Positions 48,148-58,048 of a DNA stretch of 64,000 nt are shown here, piece by piece. How positions within the stretch are numbered: the first letter of the stretch is position 1; every line of letters starts with the position of its first letter. The translations under genes and the position numbers were made by a program. The DNA is taken from the NCBI GenBank assembly GCA_903932685.1, contig CAIZGX010000058.1:634-64633 (forward strand). The letters run 5' to 3'. The stretch comes from an uncultured Bacteroidota bacterium. GTDB lineage: Bacteria > Bacteroidota > Bacteroidia > Flavobacteriales_D > Sanyastnellaceae. The notes under the pieces were generated by a model. It was not told the origin of the DNA. It did no database searches and saw only the letters and a program-made list of their open reading frames with translations.

Positions 48148-50193
48148 TTATTCGTCGTTGCGTTTTTTAACCATGGTTAAGATCGTCGCTAACGCCACAG
48201 TCTCTCCAGTTTCGTCGTAAACGTCAACCAAGAACTTCACAATTCCTTTTGGAATATCGTCTTCGCTTCGTTTCTCTTGCGCAATTTTTTCCTTCACGGT
48301 AAAGCGAACGGCAATGGTCATTCCCGGATATACGGGTTTTGTAAAGCGCGCTTCGTCTATTCCATAATTCAACAAGACTGGACCTTTCTTCGGGTCAACG
48401 AACAATCCTGCAGCTTTCGATAAAACGAAATATCCGTGAGCCACGCGGCGCTCGAAGATGGTTCCTTCCAAAGAGGTAGCGTCCATGTGCGCGTAGAAAT
48501 TATCTCCACTCACATTCGCGAAGTTCACAATGTCGGCTTCAGATACAGTGTGCTTGTGTGTGAAGACAGTGTCTCCAACAACAAGGTCTTCGAAATGCTG
48601 ACGGAACAAGTGGGGTTGTGCTTCGGCTTGTTCGCCGCCTTGCTGATAAACACCAGTAATGGCAGTCAACATAGTTGGCGATCCTTGAATAGCCGTGCGT
48701 TGCAAGTAATGCATAACACCGCGCTTTCCACCCATCTCTTCTCCACCTCCGGCACGACCCGGTCCGCCGTGAACAAGCATAGGCATTGGGCTTCCGTGAC
48801 CGGTGCTTTCTTTCGCGCTAGCTCTGTTCAATACTAAAATTCTTCCGTGATGCGTTGCTGCATTCAAAACGAAATCGCGAGCAATGGCTGTGTCGTTCGT
48901 GGTAATGCTACACACCAAACTTCCTTTTCCTAATTTCGAAATAGCAACAGCCTCTTCAGTTGTTGAATAAGGCATAAGGGTAGCGATAGGGCCGAAGGCT
49001 TCCACGCTGTGCGAGCTTAATCTTTCGAAAGGTTTGTCGTTGAGCAATAGCGTTGGCGACATGAAGGCTCCCTTCGTGCCATCCGCTTCAATAAGATTTA
49101 TGGTATCGTTTCCGAATACAACTTCACTTTCTTTTTTCAATTCGTTCAAGGCAGCAACAACGTCTTCGCGCTGAGCCATTCCAGCTAAAGATCCCATGCG
49201 AACTTTTTCGTTGCGCGGATCTCCAATAGAGGTTTGTCCAAGTGCTTTCACAAGCGCTTCTTGAACGTCTGACAAGTATTTTTCAGGAACTAAAATTCTT
49301 CTTACTGCGGTACATTTTTGTCCGCACTTCACTGTAATTTCTTTGCGAACTTCCTTCACGAATAAATCGAATTCTTCGGTGCCAGGCGCTGCGTCGAGTC
49401 CGAGTATAGCGGCGTTCAGCGAGTCGGCTTCCATGGTGAAGGGTATGGATTGGTCTACCAATCGGGGATGTGACTTCAACATTTTTCCGGTTGAAGCAGA
49501 GCCGGTGAAGGTTACCACGTCTTGCATTTCCAAATGATCGAAAATACCGTTGGCACTTCCGCAAATCAATTGCAAGGCGCCTTCCGGAAGAATTCCTGAA
49601 GCGTGAATATCGCGAACAACCACTTCTGTTACATACGAGGTCAATGTTGCAGGCTTCACCACAGCAGGAACACCCGCTAATAGGTTCACCGCAATCTTTT
49701 CCAACATTCCCCATACCGGGAAATTGAATGCGTTAATATGAAGCGCAACACCTTCCTTCGGAACCATAATGTGGTGACCAATGAAGGTTCCTTCTTTCGA
49801 AAGTTTGGCCAATTCTCCGTCAACATAAAACGAAGAATTTGGGAACTGCTTACGCAAAGAGGCGTAAGCAAAGAGGTTTCCGATTCCACCGTCAATGTCA
49901 ATCCAAGAGTCAATCTTAGTAGCCCCCGTCTTCACGCTCACAGCGTAATACGCGGCTTTGCGCTCGGTTAAATAGAGGGCCAATGCCTTCAACATTCTAC
50001 CGCGTTCTTGGAAGGTCATCTTGCGAAGTGCTGGACCGCCTGTCTCGCGACCGTAGTTCAGCATAGCGCCGAAATCCAATCCGGAACTGTCAGCTACCGC
50101 TACCAATTCTCCATTTACTGCATCGAAAAGTTCGGTTCCTTTTCCGCTGCCGGAAATCCATTGCCCAAGGGCGAAATTTTGAAGTTGTTGCAT
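48148..50193 (-). CDS. paaZ: bifunctional aldehyde dehydrogenase / MaoC-type hydratase (PaaZ-like)
   Basis: 681 aa with an N-terminal ALDH domain (catalytic Cys context CGQKCTAVRR) and a C-terminal hot-dog MaoC domain. This is the same architecture and length class as PaaZ. Confidence 0.75.
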   Translation of the reverse strand: MQQLQNFALGQWISGSGKGTELFDAVNGELVAVADSSGLDFGAMLNYGRETGGPALRKMTFQERGRMLKALALYLTERKAAYYAVSVKTGATKIDSWIDIDGGIGNLFAYASLRKQFPNSSFYVDGELAKLSKEGTFIGHHIMVPKEGVALHINAFNFPVWGMLEKIAVNLLAGVPAVVKPATLTSYVTEVVVRDIHASGILPEGALQLICGSANGIFDHLEMQDVVTFTGSASTGKMLKSHPRLVDQSIPFTMEADSLNAAILGLDAAPGTEEFDLFVKEVRKEITVKCGQKCTAVRRILVPEKYLSDVQEALVKALGQTSIGDPRNEKVRMGSLAGMAQREDVVAALNELKKESEVVFGNDTINLIEADGTKGAFMSPTLLLNDKPFERLSSHSVEAFGPIATLMPYSTTEEAVAISKLGKGSLVCSITTNDTAIARDFVLNAATHHGRILVLNRASAKESTGHGSPMPMLVHGGPGRAGGGEEMGGKRGVMHYLQRTAIQGSPTMLTAITGVYQQGGEQAEAQPHLFRQHFEDLVVGDTVFTHKHTVSEADIVNFANVSGDNFYAHMDATSLEGTIFERRVAHGYFVLSKAAGLFVDPKKGPVLLNYGIDEARFTKPVYPGMTIAVRFTVKEKIAQEKRSEDDIPKGIVKFLVDVYDETGETVALATILTMVKKRNDE

Positions 50194-50263
50194 CTGATTT
50201 TTCTCTTGTTGCGAAGTTAATCGGAAAGTGCCGCACTTGGAATGATTGATGTATTTTTACAAC

Positions 50264-51313
50264 ATGAATAAGGTTACGCATTTAATTACCGGCGGTTGTG
50301 GTTTTGTGGGAAGAAACATGGTGAAGAGACTCTTCAACACCACCGAGGCGCAGTTGATTTTCATCGATGATTTATCGGTTGGAACACACCCCGACACTTG
50401 GCTCAATGCCACGAAAACGAACTACGGCGAAGGCTTCACAGTTTACAACGGAAGATTGCTATTCATTCATGCCGATGCGTTGAAGGTGATGCGCGCGTTT
50501 TCAGAAGACGAGAAATACTTTGGAAAGAATTTTCAGTTTGAAATAGATCGCATCAACGATGTCTTCCATTTCGCAGCTATTGTAGGTGGAAGAACGAAGA
50601 TAGACGGAGATCCGATGGCCGTTGCATTAGACCTTGCTATTGATGCGGAAATGTTTTACTGGGCCTGCAGATACAAGCCGGAAAGGCTCATGTATCCAAG
50701 CTCTTCAGCCGCTTATCCAATCGATCTTCAGACAATAGACGGAGCTATAGCATTGAAAGAGTCTGACATTGATTTCAAGCGAATGGGCGAACCCGATATG
50801 ACTTACGGATGGAGCAAACTAACAGGTGAGTTCCTTGCGAAAATTGCAGCCTCACATTACGGTTTGAAGGTGACGTGCATTCGTCCGTTTAGCGGATACG
50901 GTGAAGATCAAGATTTGACTTATCCCGTTCCCGCTATTGCAGCCCGCGCAGCGAAGAAAGAAGATCCATTTGAAGTTTGGGGAAGTGGTAATCAAGGCAG
51001 AGACTTCGTTCACATCGACGATGTAATCGACTGCATCTTGTTGGCCATGGATCACATTCACGACGGAACAGCCATTAATATTGGAATGGGAAAACTCACT
51101 TCCTTCAATGAAATTATTCGCGTGTTCTGTGGATATGCAGGATACGAGCCTACCATCAAGCCTTTGTTGGACAAGCCGGTGGGCGTGCATTCGCGCTATT
51201 GCGACATGACCTACGTTCAAGAGAAGTTGGGATGGACAGCAAAGATTTCCATTGAAGAAGGAATGAAGCGCGTGTACGATGCGGCCGTGAAAAAATTAGC
51301 AGCGCAGCAGTAG
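50264..51313 (+). CDS. NAD-dependent epimerase/dehydratase (SDR family)
   Basis: Rossmann motif ITGGCGFVGRN and YGWSK (YxxxK). Confidence 0.8.
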   Translation: MNKVTHLITGGCGFVGRNMVKRLFNTTEAQLIFIDDLSVGTHPDTWLNATKTNYGEGFTVYNGRLLFIHADALKVMRAFSEDEKYFGKNFQFEIDRINDVFHFAAIVGGRTKIDGDPMAVALDLAIDAEMFYWACRYKPERLMYPSSSAAYPIDLQTIDGAIALKESDIDFKRMGEPDMTYGWSKLTGEFLAKIAASHYGLKVTCIRPFSGYGEDQDLTYPVPAIAARAAKKEDPFEVWGSGNQGRDFVHIDDVIDCILLAMDHIHDGTAINIGMGKLTSFNEIIRVFCGYAGYEPTIKPLLDKPVGVHSRYCDMTYVQEKLGWTAKISIEEGMKRVYDAAVKKLAAQQ

Positions 51314-52588
51314 ATGAAGAATAGAACAATTGTTTGCTTCGGTCCAGGTCCGCGCTTCAAAGGCGGAATGCAGAACTACAACACTTCGTTGGCGTTGGCA
51401 TTGGACAAGGAAGAGCGAAACAATGTTCACATTGTTAGTTGGACGCAGCAGTATCCGGCTATCATTCCCAGAGAATTCGTAGACAAAAGCAGCACAACAG
51501 ATTTGTTGGAAGGAAGTCGCGTGAAAGTGACTTACTTGACGAATTACAACAATCCGTTTAGTTGGATTGAAACAGCCAATTACATTATTTCACTGAAACC
51601 AGAAATGGTCACCATTCAGTGGAGCATAGCCCTACAAGGATTACCCATGGCTTTCATTGCAAAGCGCTTGCGCAAGGCGGGGATTCATGTGGTGTTCGAT
51701 ATTCACTTTGTAATTCAAAAGGAGCACAGCTCATTAGATAAGTTTTTGACGAAGTATGCCTTAAAACACGCCTCATCTTTTGTGGTTCACGCTTTGCATA
51801 CGTTTGAAGAATTGAAAACAGTTTTCCCCGAACGTTCGTTCGGTTTGGTAGATCAGTTGGATATTCATGAAAAGGCATTCACATCGGTTGTGAAGTTATA
51901 TCATCCGATTTACGACTTGTACAAGCCCATTCCGAATTTCAATGTTGAAGAAGAAAAAGCGAAGTTGGGCTTGAAGAAACACGTCTTTTTGTATTTCGGA
52001 TTCATTCGGAAGTACAAAGGGCTAGACTTGGCCATTCAAGCATTTGCTGAATTGTGTAAGGAAAGGGACGATGTTTCGTTTTTGATTTGCGGAGAGTCTT
52101 TTTGGAAGACACTCGATGATTCGAAGTGGAGCACGAAGGTGAAACAAATGCTATTCGGTTGGGCGAAGAAGATTGTGCTGCGCAAATCAGACGACGAGCG
52201 TGAAGACAATCCGTTGGAATGGATAGAAAAAATGAGTATTCAAGAAAACTGCGTGGTGTTCAATCGATTCATTTCGAACGAAGAATTGCCCAAGTTTTTT
52301 CAAGTGTCCGATGCGGCAGTGTTGTTCTACAGAACGGCAACACCCAGCGGAATTGAGTCGTTGAGTTATAATTTCAAGATGCCTATTTTGGCGACTAAAG
52401 TTGGACATTTTCCGGAAACAATAGTAGACGGATTCAACGGCTATTTAGCCGAAGCAGAAGATATTCAAAGCATGAAAAATCAGATGCTTCGCATTTTAGA
52501 ATCTCCTGTAGACAGAGAGAATGTTGCGAAGGCAACAGAGAACATGAGTTGGACCAATTACGCAAAAGCCATTTGCAATTATGAGTAA
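51314..52588 (+). CDS. glycosyltransferase, GT4 (GT-B) family
   Basis: 424 aa with a C-terminal GT1/GT4 pattern (PSGIESLSYNFKMPILATKVGHFPETIVDGFNGYL). Confidence 0.75.
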   Translation: MKNRTIVCFGPGPRFKGGMQNYNTSLALALDKEERNNVHIVSWTQQYPAIIPREFVDKSSTTDLLEGSRVKVTYLTNYNNPFSWIETANYIISLKPEMVTIQWSIALQGLPMAFIAKRLRKAGIHVVFDIHFVIQKEHSSLDKFLTKYALKHASSFVVHALHTFEELKTVFPERSFGLVDQLDIHEKAFTSVVKLYHPIYDLYKPIPNFNVEEEKAKLGLKKHVFLYFGFIRKYKGLDLAIQAFAELCKERDDVSFLICGESFWKTLDDSKWSTKVKQMLFGWAKKIVLRKSDDEREDNPLEWIEKMSIQENCVVFNRFISNEELPKFFQVSDAAVLFYRTATPSGIESLSYNFKMPILATKVGHFPETIVDGFNGYLAEAEDIQSMKNQMLRILESPVDRENVAKATENMSWTNYAKAICNYE

Positions 52589-53213
52589 CATTGTACACCA
52601 CAGAAAGAGCTATGAAAAACATAGCTTAGAGGTAGAAGATTTGAAAGCCACTCCGCATGAAATGTTGGAGTTTTGGTTAAGTGAAGTAGAGGAGTTGCAT
52701 GATTTTAATGCCATGGTCGTTAGTAGCGTTGATGCTTCCGGACAGCCGCATTCGCGTGTGGTTTTGCTTCGCGGGGTTAATGAAGATGGATTGAAGTTCT
52801 ACACGAATTACTCCTCTAACAAAGGACAAGAGCTTGAGCTAAACAACAAAGTCGCTTTAAATTTTTTCTGGCCAACTGTTGAACGTCAAGTTCGGGTGGA
52901 AGGTGAATTACACAAATTGAGTGACGCCGAGAGCGACGCTTATTTCAATAGTCGTCCGCGTGAAAGTCAAATAGGAGCGTGGGTTTCACCGCAGAGTGCT
53001 ACTATAGATTCGCGAGAAGTGTTGAACGAGCGCTTCAGAGAGTTTACAAATAAATTTGAAGGTCATCCGGTGCCTCGTCCTGCCCATTGGGGCGGATACA
53101 TCATTCGTCCGAAGTATTTCGAGTTTTGGCAGGGAAGACCGAATCGTTTGCACGATCGATTGACCTATTCTTTGGTTGAAGGAAATTGGTCAATTGGAAG
53201 AATGGCACCGTGA
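52581..53213 (+). CDS. pdxH: pyridoxamine 5'-phosphate oxidase
   Basis: RVVLLRG, RQVRVEG, and a C-terminal FWQGRPNRLHDR. Confidence 0.9.
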   Translation: MSNIVHHRKSYEKHSLEVEDLKATPHEMLEFWLSEVEELHDFNAMVVSSVDASGQPHSRVVLLRGVNEDGLKFYTNYSSNKGQELELNNKVALNFFWPTVERQVRVEGELHKLSDAESDAYFNSRPRESQIGAWVSPQSATIDSREVLNERFREFTNKFEGHPVPRPAHWGGYIIRPKYFEFWQGRPNRLHDRLTYSLVEGNWSIGRMAP

Positions 53214-53279
53214 TTCCCTAGAAAAATAGTTGGATTAAATTTTTTATTATCTTTAATAAAAATTTATTTTCCTTAATAT

Positions 53280-54800
53280 ATGTATAAAGCAATTCGTGCC
53301 CTACTCGTTTTTTCTGTTGTAATATCCTGTTTGTGCGCATCCTCCCAAGTAGAAGTCGTTAAGCAAAAACGATTCGAACATAACGGTGCTGTCGCAACAA
53401 GCGTTACTCCAAGCAATAAGGTAATAACCTATTCCATTATTTCGGAAAAAGGAGAAGACGATCAGTTGGAAATTGTCGCCTATGATGAAAAATTAGAGGA
53501 AGAAGGAAGGTTTCAAGCGAAATGTTCAGAGCGAAATATTTTCAAGACGCACGCTCTTTCGGGAACAGGAGAGTATTATTTCTCTCTAATGATTGATAAG
53601 GGAAGAGAAATTCATTCCGTTGTTTTTAATACAAGCACTTTGGAAGGAACAGAACTTCGTGTACCGTTGGAGAGGAAATTCGAACCGAATGGAAATTTGG
53701 ATTTCTTCGGCGGATCTTCGACCACTTGTTTCAAGAATAAATTTTTCATTTTAGGTACTGTTAAAAATGTGCCCTGTATACTTGTGTACAACATGCAAAC
53801 AGGAACACAGCACATTACCTTCATTCCAGGTATGGACAAGAATAACCGCGTTTCCTTTTTAAGCACGGTGGAAGCAGCTCCTTCAATTCAAGTTATGTTT
53901 TTTCATTCCAAACCGAAGAAGATTGATGCGCAATACATTGTTTCAATCAATGAATTCGGAGAGATAGAAGGAAAGCCAGTTTCGATTATGGCGCAGAAAG
54001 AAAAATTGCTTATCGATGGGAATGTGACTTGGGTAGATGAGCACACTTCTCTTATTTGCGGAGCAACAGGTGAGAAATCGAGCATCGCAAAGGGTATGTA
54101 TATTTTGGAAATAAAAGATGGAGAAGTCGTTCGAAGAAACGATTACAATTTCAATGATTTCAAAGATTTTTATTCACTCTTGAGTGTAAAGACACAGAAT
54201 AAAATTGAAAAAAAGAAAAGCAAAAAGAAGAATTTCGAATCGCAGTGCTACATGGTTACTCACCCGGTCGCGTTCAGCGATAAAACATGGACGGTTGTAG
54301 GAGAGGTGTTTTATCCGACTTACCGCGCCGAGACCCAGACCTCTTATGTGAATGGGAAGACCGTTACGCGAACCGTAATGGTATTCGATGGATTCCAATA
54401 TACGCACGCGGTTGTCTTGCAGGTAAATGAAGAGTTAGAAAAGATCAATGACTTTACATTTGAATTAGAAATTTCGGAGAATCCTATGTTTCCGAAGAAA
54501 TACATTCGCACTGCTCAAATGGGATCTCAGTTGAATTTCTATTACGCGGATGTCTTTAATTTTGGACATGTTTCTCTTGAAGAAGGGGAATTGGAAGTTT
54601 CTCCATTGGTTGATATTGTTGATTCTGACAAGGATTTAAAGGATTCAGAGAAAGTGACCAACCTCATTAACTCGAATGTAAAATATTGGTACAAAGATTT
54701 TTATCTAATTACCGAAACATTTCGGGCAAAGGATAGTGATGAGTCACTTGGTAATAAGCGTAAAATGTTCGTTCAATTCAAAAAAATAAAAATTGAATAA
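53280..54800 (+). CDS. secreted hypothetical protein (506 aa)
   Basis: Signal peptide only. No motif recognised. Confidence 0.55.
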   Translation: MYKAIRALLVFSVVISCLCASSQVEVVKQKRFEHNGAVATSVTPSNKVITYSIISEKGEDDQLEIVAYDEKLEEEGRFQAKCSERNIFKTHALSGTGEYYFSLMIDKGREIHSVVFNTSTLEGTELRVPLERKFEPNGNLDFFGGSSTTCFKNKFFILGTVKNVPCILVYNMQTGTQHITFIPGMDKNNRVSFLSTVEAAPSIQVMFFHSKPKKIDAQYIVSINEFGEIEGKPVSIMAQKEKLLIDGNVTWVDEHTSLICGATGEKSSIAKGMYILEIKDGEVVRRNDYNFNDFKDFYSLLSVKTQNKIEKKKSKKKNFESQCYMVTHPVAFSDKTWTVVGEVFYPTYRAETQTSYVNGKTVTRTVMVFDGFQYTHAVVLQVNEELEKINDFTFELEISENPMFPKKYIRTAQMGSQLNFYYADVFNFGHVSLEEGELEVSPLVDIVDSDKDLKDSEKVTNLINSNVKYWYKDFYLITETFRAKDSDESLGNKRKMFVQFKKIKIE

Positions 54801-54802
54801 GT

Positions 54803-55636
54803 TTGAAAATTCGATTAACACTATGGGTTTGTCTATTATCAATGTCTGCGGATGCCCAGTATTTCGTTGATATTTTTTCGTTCAATAGACAGGCTTACAA
54901 CATCCCTTCAGGCGCCCAAACGAGTGACCTTTTTGTCAATGCGTTTATTCCAAAGGTTCTGAAAAACGGCAACACCGTTTTTGTTCGTGCACATTATGAA
55001 AAGCTTTCGATGCAAAGAGATTCATTGTCTGCCGATTATTCTTCGATCACACTTCCTATTGGCATGCAAGTTCAATTGAAGAATCCGAAATGGAAATTCA
55101 CAGGCTTGATTATTCCGAAAATAGCCGGTGCGGATTTGAGCGCGGCGTTTTCAGATGTTTTTCAAATTGGAGCGTATTCATTATTCACGGTAACAGAGTC
55201 TGAAAAATTTCGATACAAATTCGGATTGTATTACAATCGAGAATTCTTCGGGAATTTCTTTGTGCCGCTCGTTGGAGTTGATTGGAAGGTGTCTGATCGT
55301 TTTTCCGTATTCGGCACACTGCCTCAGAGCTTTAAGGCTTCCTATGCGATATTTCCTTCTCGCGTGAATGCAGGATTGGCCTTTCGCTCCATGACAAGAT
55401 CATTTCGTGGTGAAGACAACAACACTTTTGTTCGTTACAATGAATTGCAATTCAAAGCGTTTTTCGATTTTTATGTAACTCCAAAGAATGTAGTCTTTGT
55501 CGAAGGCGGATATTTCCTCGGGAAAACACCGCTACTTTATAACAATACCGACACCAAGAATCCTGTTAATTCTAATTTATTGAAGGAAGGGATAGCATTC
55601 CCTTTGATTAATGCTGGATGGGCGTTAAGATTCTAA
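54803..55636 (+). CDS. putative outer-membrane beta-barrel protein
   Basis: TTG start gives the signal peptide MKIRLTLWVCLLSMSADAQ. Alternating amphipathic strands, with a C-terminal aromatic residue (ALRF). Confidence 0.5.
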   Translation: MKIRLTLWVCLLSMSADAQYFVDIFSFNRQAYNIPSGAQTSDLFVNAFIPKVLKNGNTVFVRAHYEKLSMQRDSLSADYSSITLPIGMQVQLKNPKWKFTGLIIPKIAGADLSAAFSDVFQIGAYSLFTVTESEKFRYKFGLYYNREFFGNFFVPLVGVDWKVSDRFSVFGTLPQSFKASYAIFPSRVNAGLAFRSMTRSFRGEDNNTFVRYNELQFKAFFDFYVTPKNVVFVEGGYFLGKTPLLYNNTDTKNPVNSNLLKEGIAFPLINAGWALRF

Positions 55637-57921
55637 AAAAGTTCGGTTAAAATTCGAAGGGTTTCTTTCGACGCGTCTTTCGGATGCAACGCTGTGTCTG
55701 AAATACCCGAGATTACCCGTGTAACATCGTGGTCTATTTTTCCTTCAACAAACCAATCGGAACCTTTCGCAACTGTAATGTAAACCGAATAGTTGTGGTG
55801 CATGGTTCCAGGGCGTTCACCAATGATATGTAAGACACATTTTTTATTTGTTGAAATGGAATCGCCAAAGAGCTGTTCGCCGCAGCGGTAGCCCGCACGA
55901 ACTCTTCCATGTTGAATGAATAAATTGTTTTTGCTCAACGTGTATTTGTCCTTCAATAATACATTCAGTTCTTTAACATAAGGTTCCAAATGTCCTTGGT
56001 CAAGAATAGAAGAAACATTCAATCCGTCAGAAACTACAACCTGAATATCGGGAGTTTTATTCTTCCATTTCGATTTTAAAATTTCCAAAGCGTAGATGCT
56101 ATCGCGTGAAAGTTGTTCGCCCGATTGCGGATGGTAGATGTAATCTTTTCGGTTTGAAGAAAGAGTGGCCAGCGCTATTCCTTCAGTAAGTGATTTCTTA
56201 AAATTCGGAGGTGTTTCTTCCCAAAGACATTTCTTAGCATCTGCATAAAGTAGGCGAATTTCTTGCTCAAGGTCAGGATTCATTTCCCAATAATCCTTTC
56301 CGAATCCTTTCGCAATTGGAACACCTCGTTCTCGAACTCGTTCAATGCATGCAAGACCTTCCGAATAAATTTCGTCCATTGGCTGCGTATCACCTTTCAA
56401 TTTTCGATATTGGTAATACATCCAAACAGGATCTCCAAAGTGATTTGAAGGTTTGTTGTTTTCATCAATAATTTCCATCTGCTTGAAAAACGCCCACATG
56501 GCATCATTGATCTTGTATCCAAACTTTTCGCGAATGCGCAGGTGATCGCTAAACGATGTGGTTAAGTAACTCAACATAGGATCGTTCTTCGTTGGAAGAG
56601 CCATGAGATAACCCGGATTGGCTGGCATGATTTGATCAATGCACCAGTCTAAATCATCGAGTGAAACATCCATGTGCAGCGTGGTGCAAATGTCCAAGCC
56701 AATCATGAGTCCGTGTAATTTCCCCATCACTAAATCTTCCAAGCAACAACGAACCAATTGTTCTTTCGTTCTGAAAACTTCCGGACCAATGAATCCAGCA
56801 ACATCATTCAAATGCACCCAAGACTCTTCGTTGAGTTGTTGTTTTAATCCGCGCCACAGGCCGTATTTACGCGACTCGTGAATAAGCATGTCGAAGCCTT
56901 CTCCGTGCCCGTTCGTTTCATCAGCACCTTGTCCGGTTTCAGCATAGAGTCCGAATTTACCTTTGCGCTGTGAGGCGTATTTCTTAAGTTTTTCAATGGT
57001 TACATCGAAGGTCTGATTTGCTTTCACAGTGCCGGCAATACTCTGAAACCACATGCCGGTTTGACCGTTGTAAGTCTTTTCTACTTCAGCTTGAATATCG
57101 ATGTGCGCCAACACAGAATGTGAAAGCGTATTTTCTAGTTTGAAGGTGGTAAGCAAATCGTATAAAGCCATTTCAATTTTCGCAACCGATTCCGGATTGC
57201 TTGAAACAGGATTGTTACCTAGAACCAAATCACCAACACTGTAGCTCCACGCGTCGAACACCTGCCAAACAATGTCTTCAATGTTATCGGTGGGAGAGTT
57301 GGGTTGAACGCGAGCGCTCATGTATCCCTTCGAACCCATTTGAGTTCCGGGAAGCGGATGGAAAATTTTGCTGCTAATTGCGATGAGCTCTTGGTTCGAC
57401 ATGAGCTTCACAACACAAGCAATGATGTCGCTTGTTAAGTAGGGAAGTAGGTCATGAATCTCAGTTTCAGAGGACTTCAAGAGAAGTTCTTTAAAATCGT
57501 TCATGCGAAGTTTACCAATGGCTTTTCCAGATTCTGTTTCTTGAAAAGCGCGTGTAGATTGTTCAATGAATTCCGATTGTTCATCGGTGAAAACAGAATG
57601 TTTGCGAATGTTGTCAAGGCTGGTTTCAGCAAGAAGCATGCGTGCCTTCAACCGATCTTCATCGCTTGCGGCAGCTATTCCAGCAATTTCATCGCCTTCT
57701 TTGAATTCATTGGCAGCGCCAAGTAATTGTCGATACAGGGTAACGTCGAAACTTCCTTTTTGACGTTGAATGTATTGAAACAAATCTTCACCAACGAGGG
57801 GAGAAGGGACTTCAATTTTTTCGAAATGAAAATGATCAGACTCCCCGATAACTTTCCCTGAAACAAGTGTGTACGAGACTGTCGCCATTCCTAGTTTGCT
57901 TAAAAAATCGCGACGCTCCAT
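55633..57921 (-). CDS. eutBC: fused ethanolamine ammonia-lyase large and small subunits (EutB-EutC) with a twin-arginine-like N-terminal extension
   Basis: Residues ~45-500 align by eye to EutB (EGDEIAGIAAASDEDR, LYAETGQG, AGFIGPE, MGKLHGLMIGLD). Residues ~520-762 align to EutC (VVVSDGLN, HIIGERPG). The N-terminus is MERRDFLSKLG. Confidence 0.85.
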   Translation of the reverse strand: MERRDFLSKLGMATVSYTLVSGKVIGESDHFHFEKIEVPSPLVGEDLFQYIQRQKGSFDVTLYRQLLGAANEFKEGDEIAGIAAASDEDRLKARMLLAETSLDNIRKHSVFTDEQSEFIEQSTRAFQETESGKAIGKLRMNDFKELLLKSSETEIHDLLPYLTSDIIACVVKLMSNQELIAISSKIFHPLPGTQMGSKGYMSARVQPNSPTDNIEDIVWQVFDAWSYSVGDLVLGNNPVSSNPESVAKIEMALYDLLTTFKLENTLSHSVLAHIDIQAEVEKTYNGQTGMWFQSIAGTVKANQTFDVTIEKLKKYASQRKGKFGLYAETGQGADETNGHGEGFDMLIHESRKYGLWRGLKQQLNEESWVHLNDVAGFIGPEVFRTKEQLVRCCLEDLVMGKLHGLMIGLDICTTLHMDVSLDDLDWCIDQIMPANPGYLMALPTKNDPMLSYLTTSFSDHLRIREKFGYKINDAMWAFFKQMEIIDENNKPSNHFGDPVWMYYQYRKLKGDTQPMDEIYSEGLACIERVRERGVPIAKGFGKDYWEMNPDLEQEIRLLYADAKKCLWEETPPNFKKSLTEGIALATLSSNRKDYIYHPQSGEQLSRDSIYALEILKSKWKNKTPDIQVVVSDGLNVSSILDQGHLEPYVKELNVLLKDKYTLSKNNLFIQHGRVRAGYRCGEQLFGDSISTNKKCVLHIIGERPGTMHHNYSVYITVAKGSDWFVEGKIDHDVTRVISGISDTALHPKDASKETLRILTELF

Positions 57922-58048
57922 ACTTGCTTTGTTTCTCTAAATTTAAAAATTAATTTCTTCCCTCTCTTACCTCAGGTCGAAAGATATTTCGACCCTATAT
58001 CTTCCCCTCTCTTCCCTTTTATCAATGCAAATCTAACGAACTCTCGCC

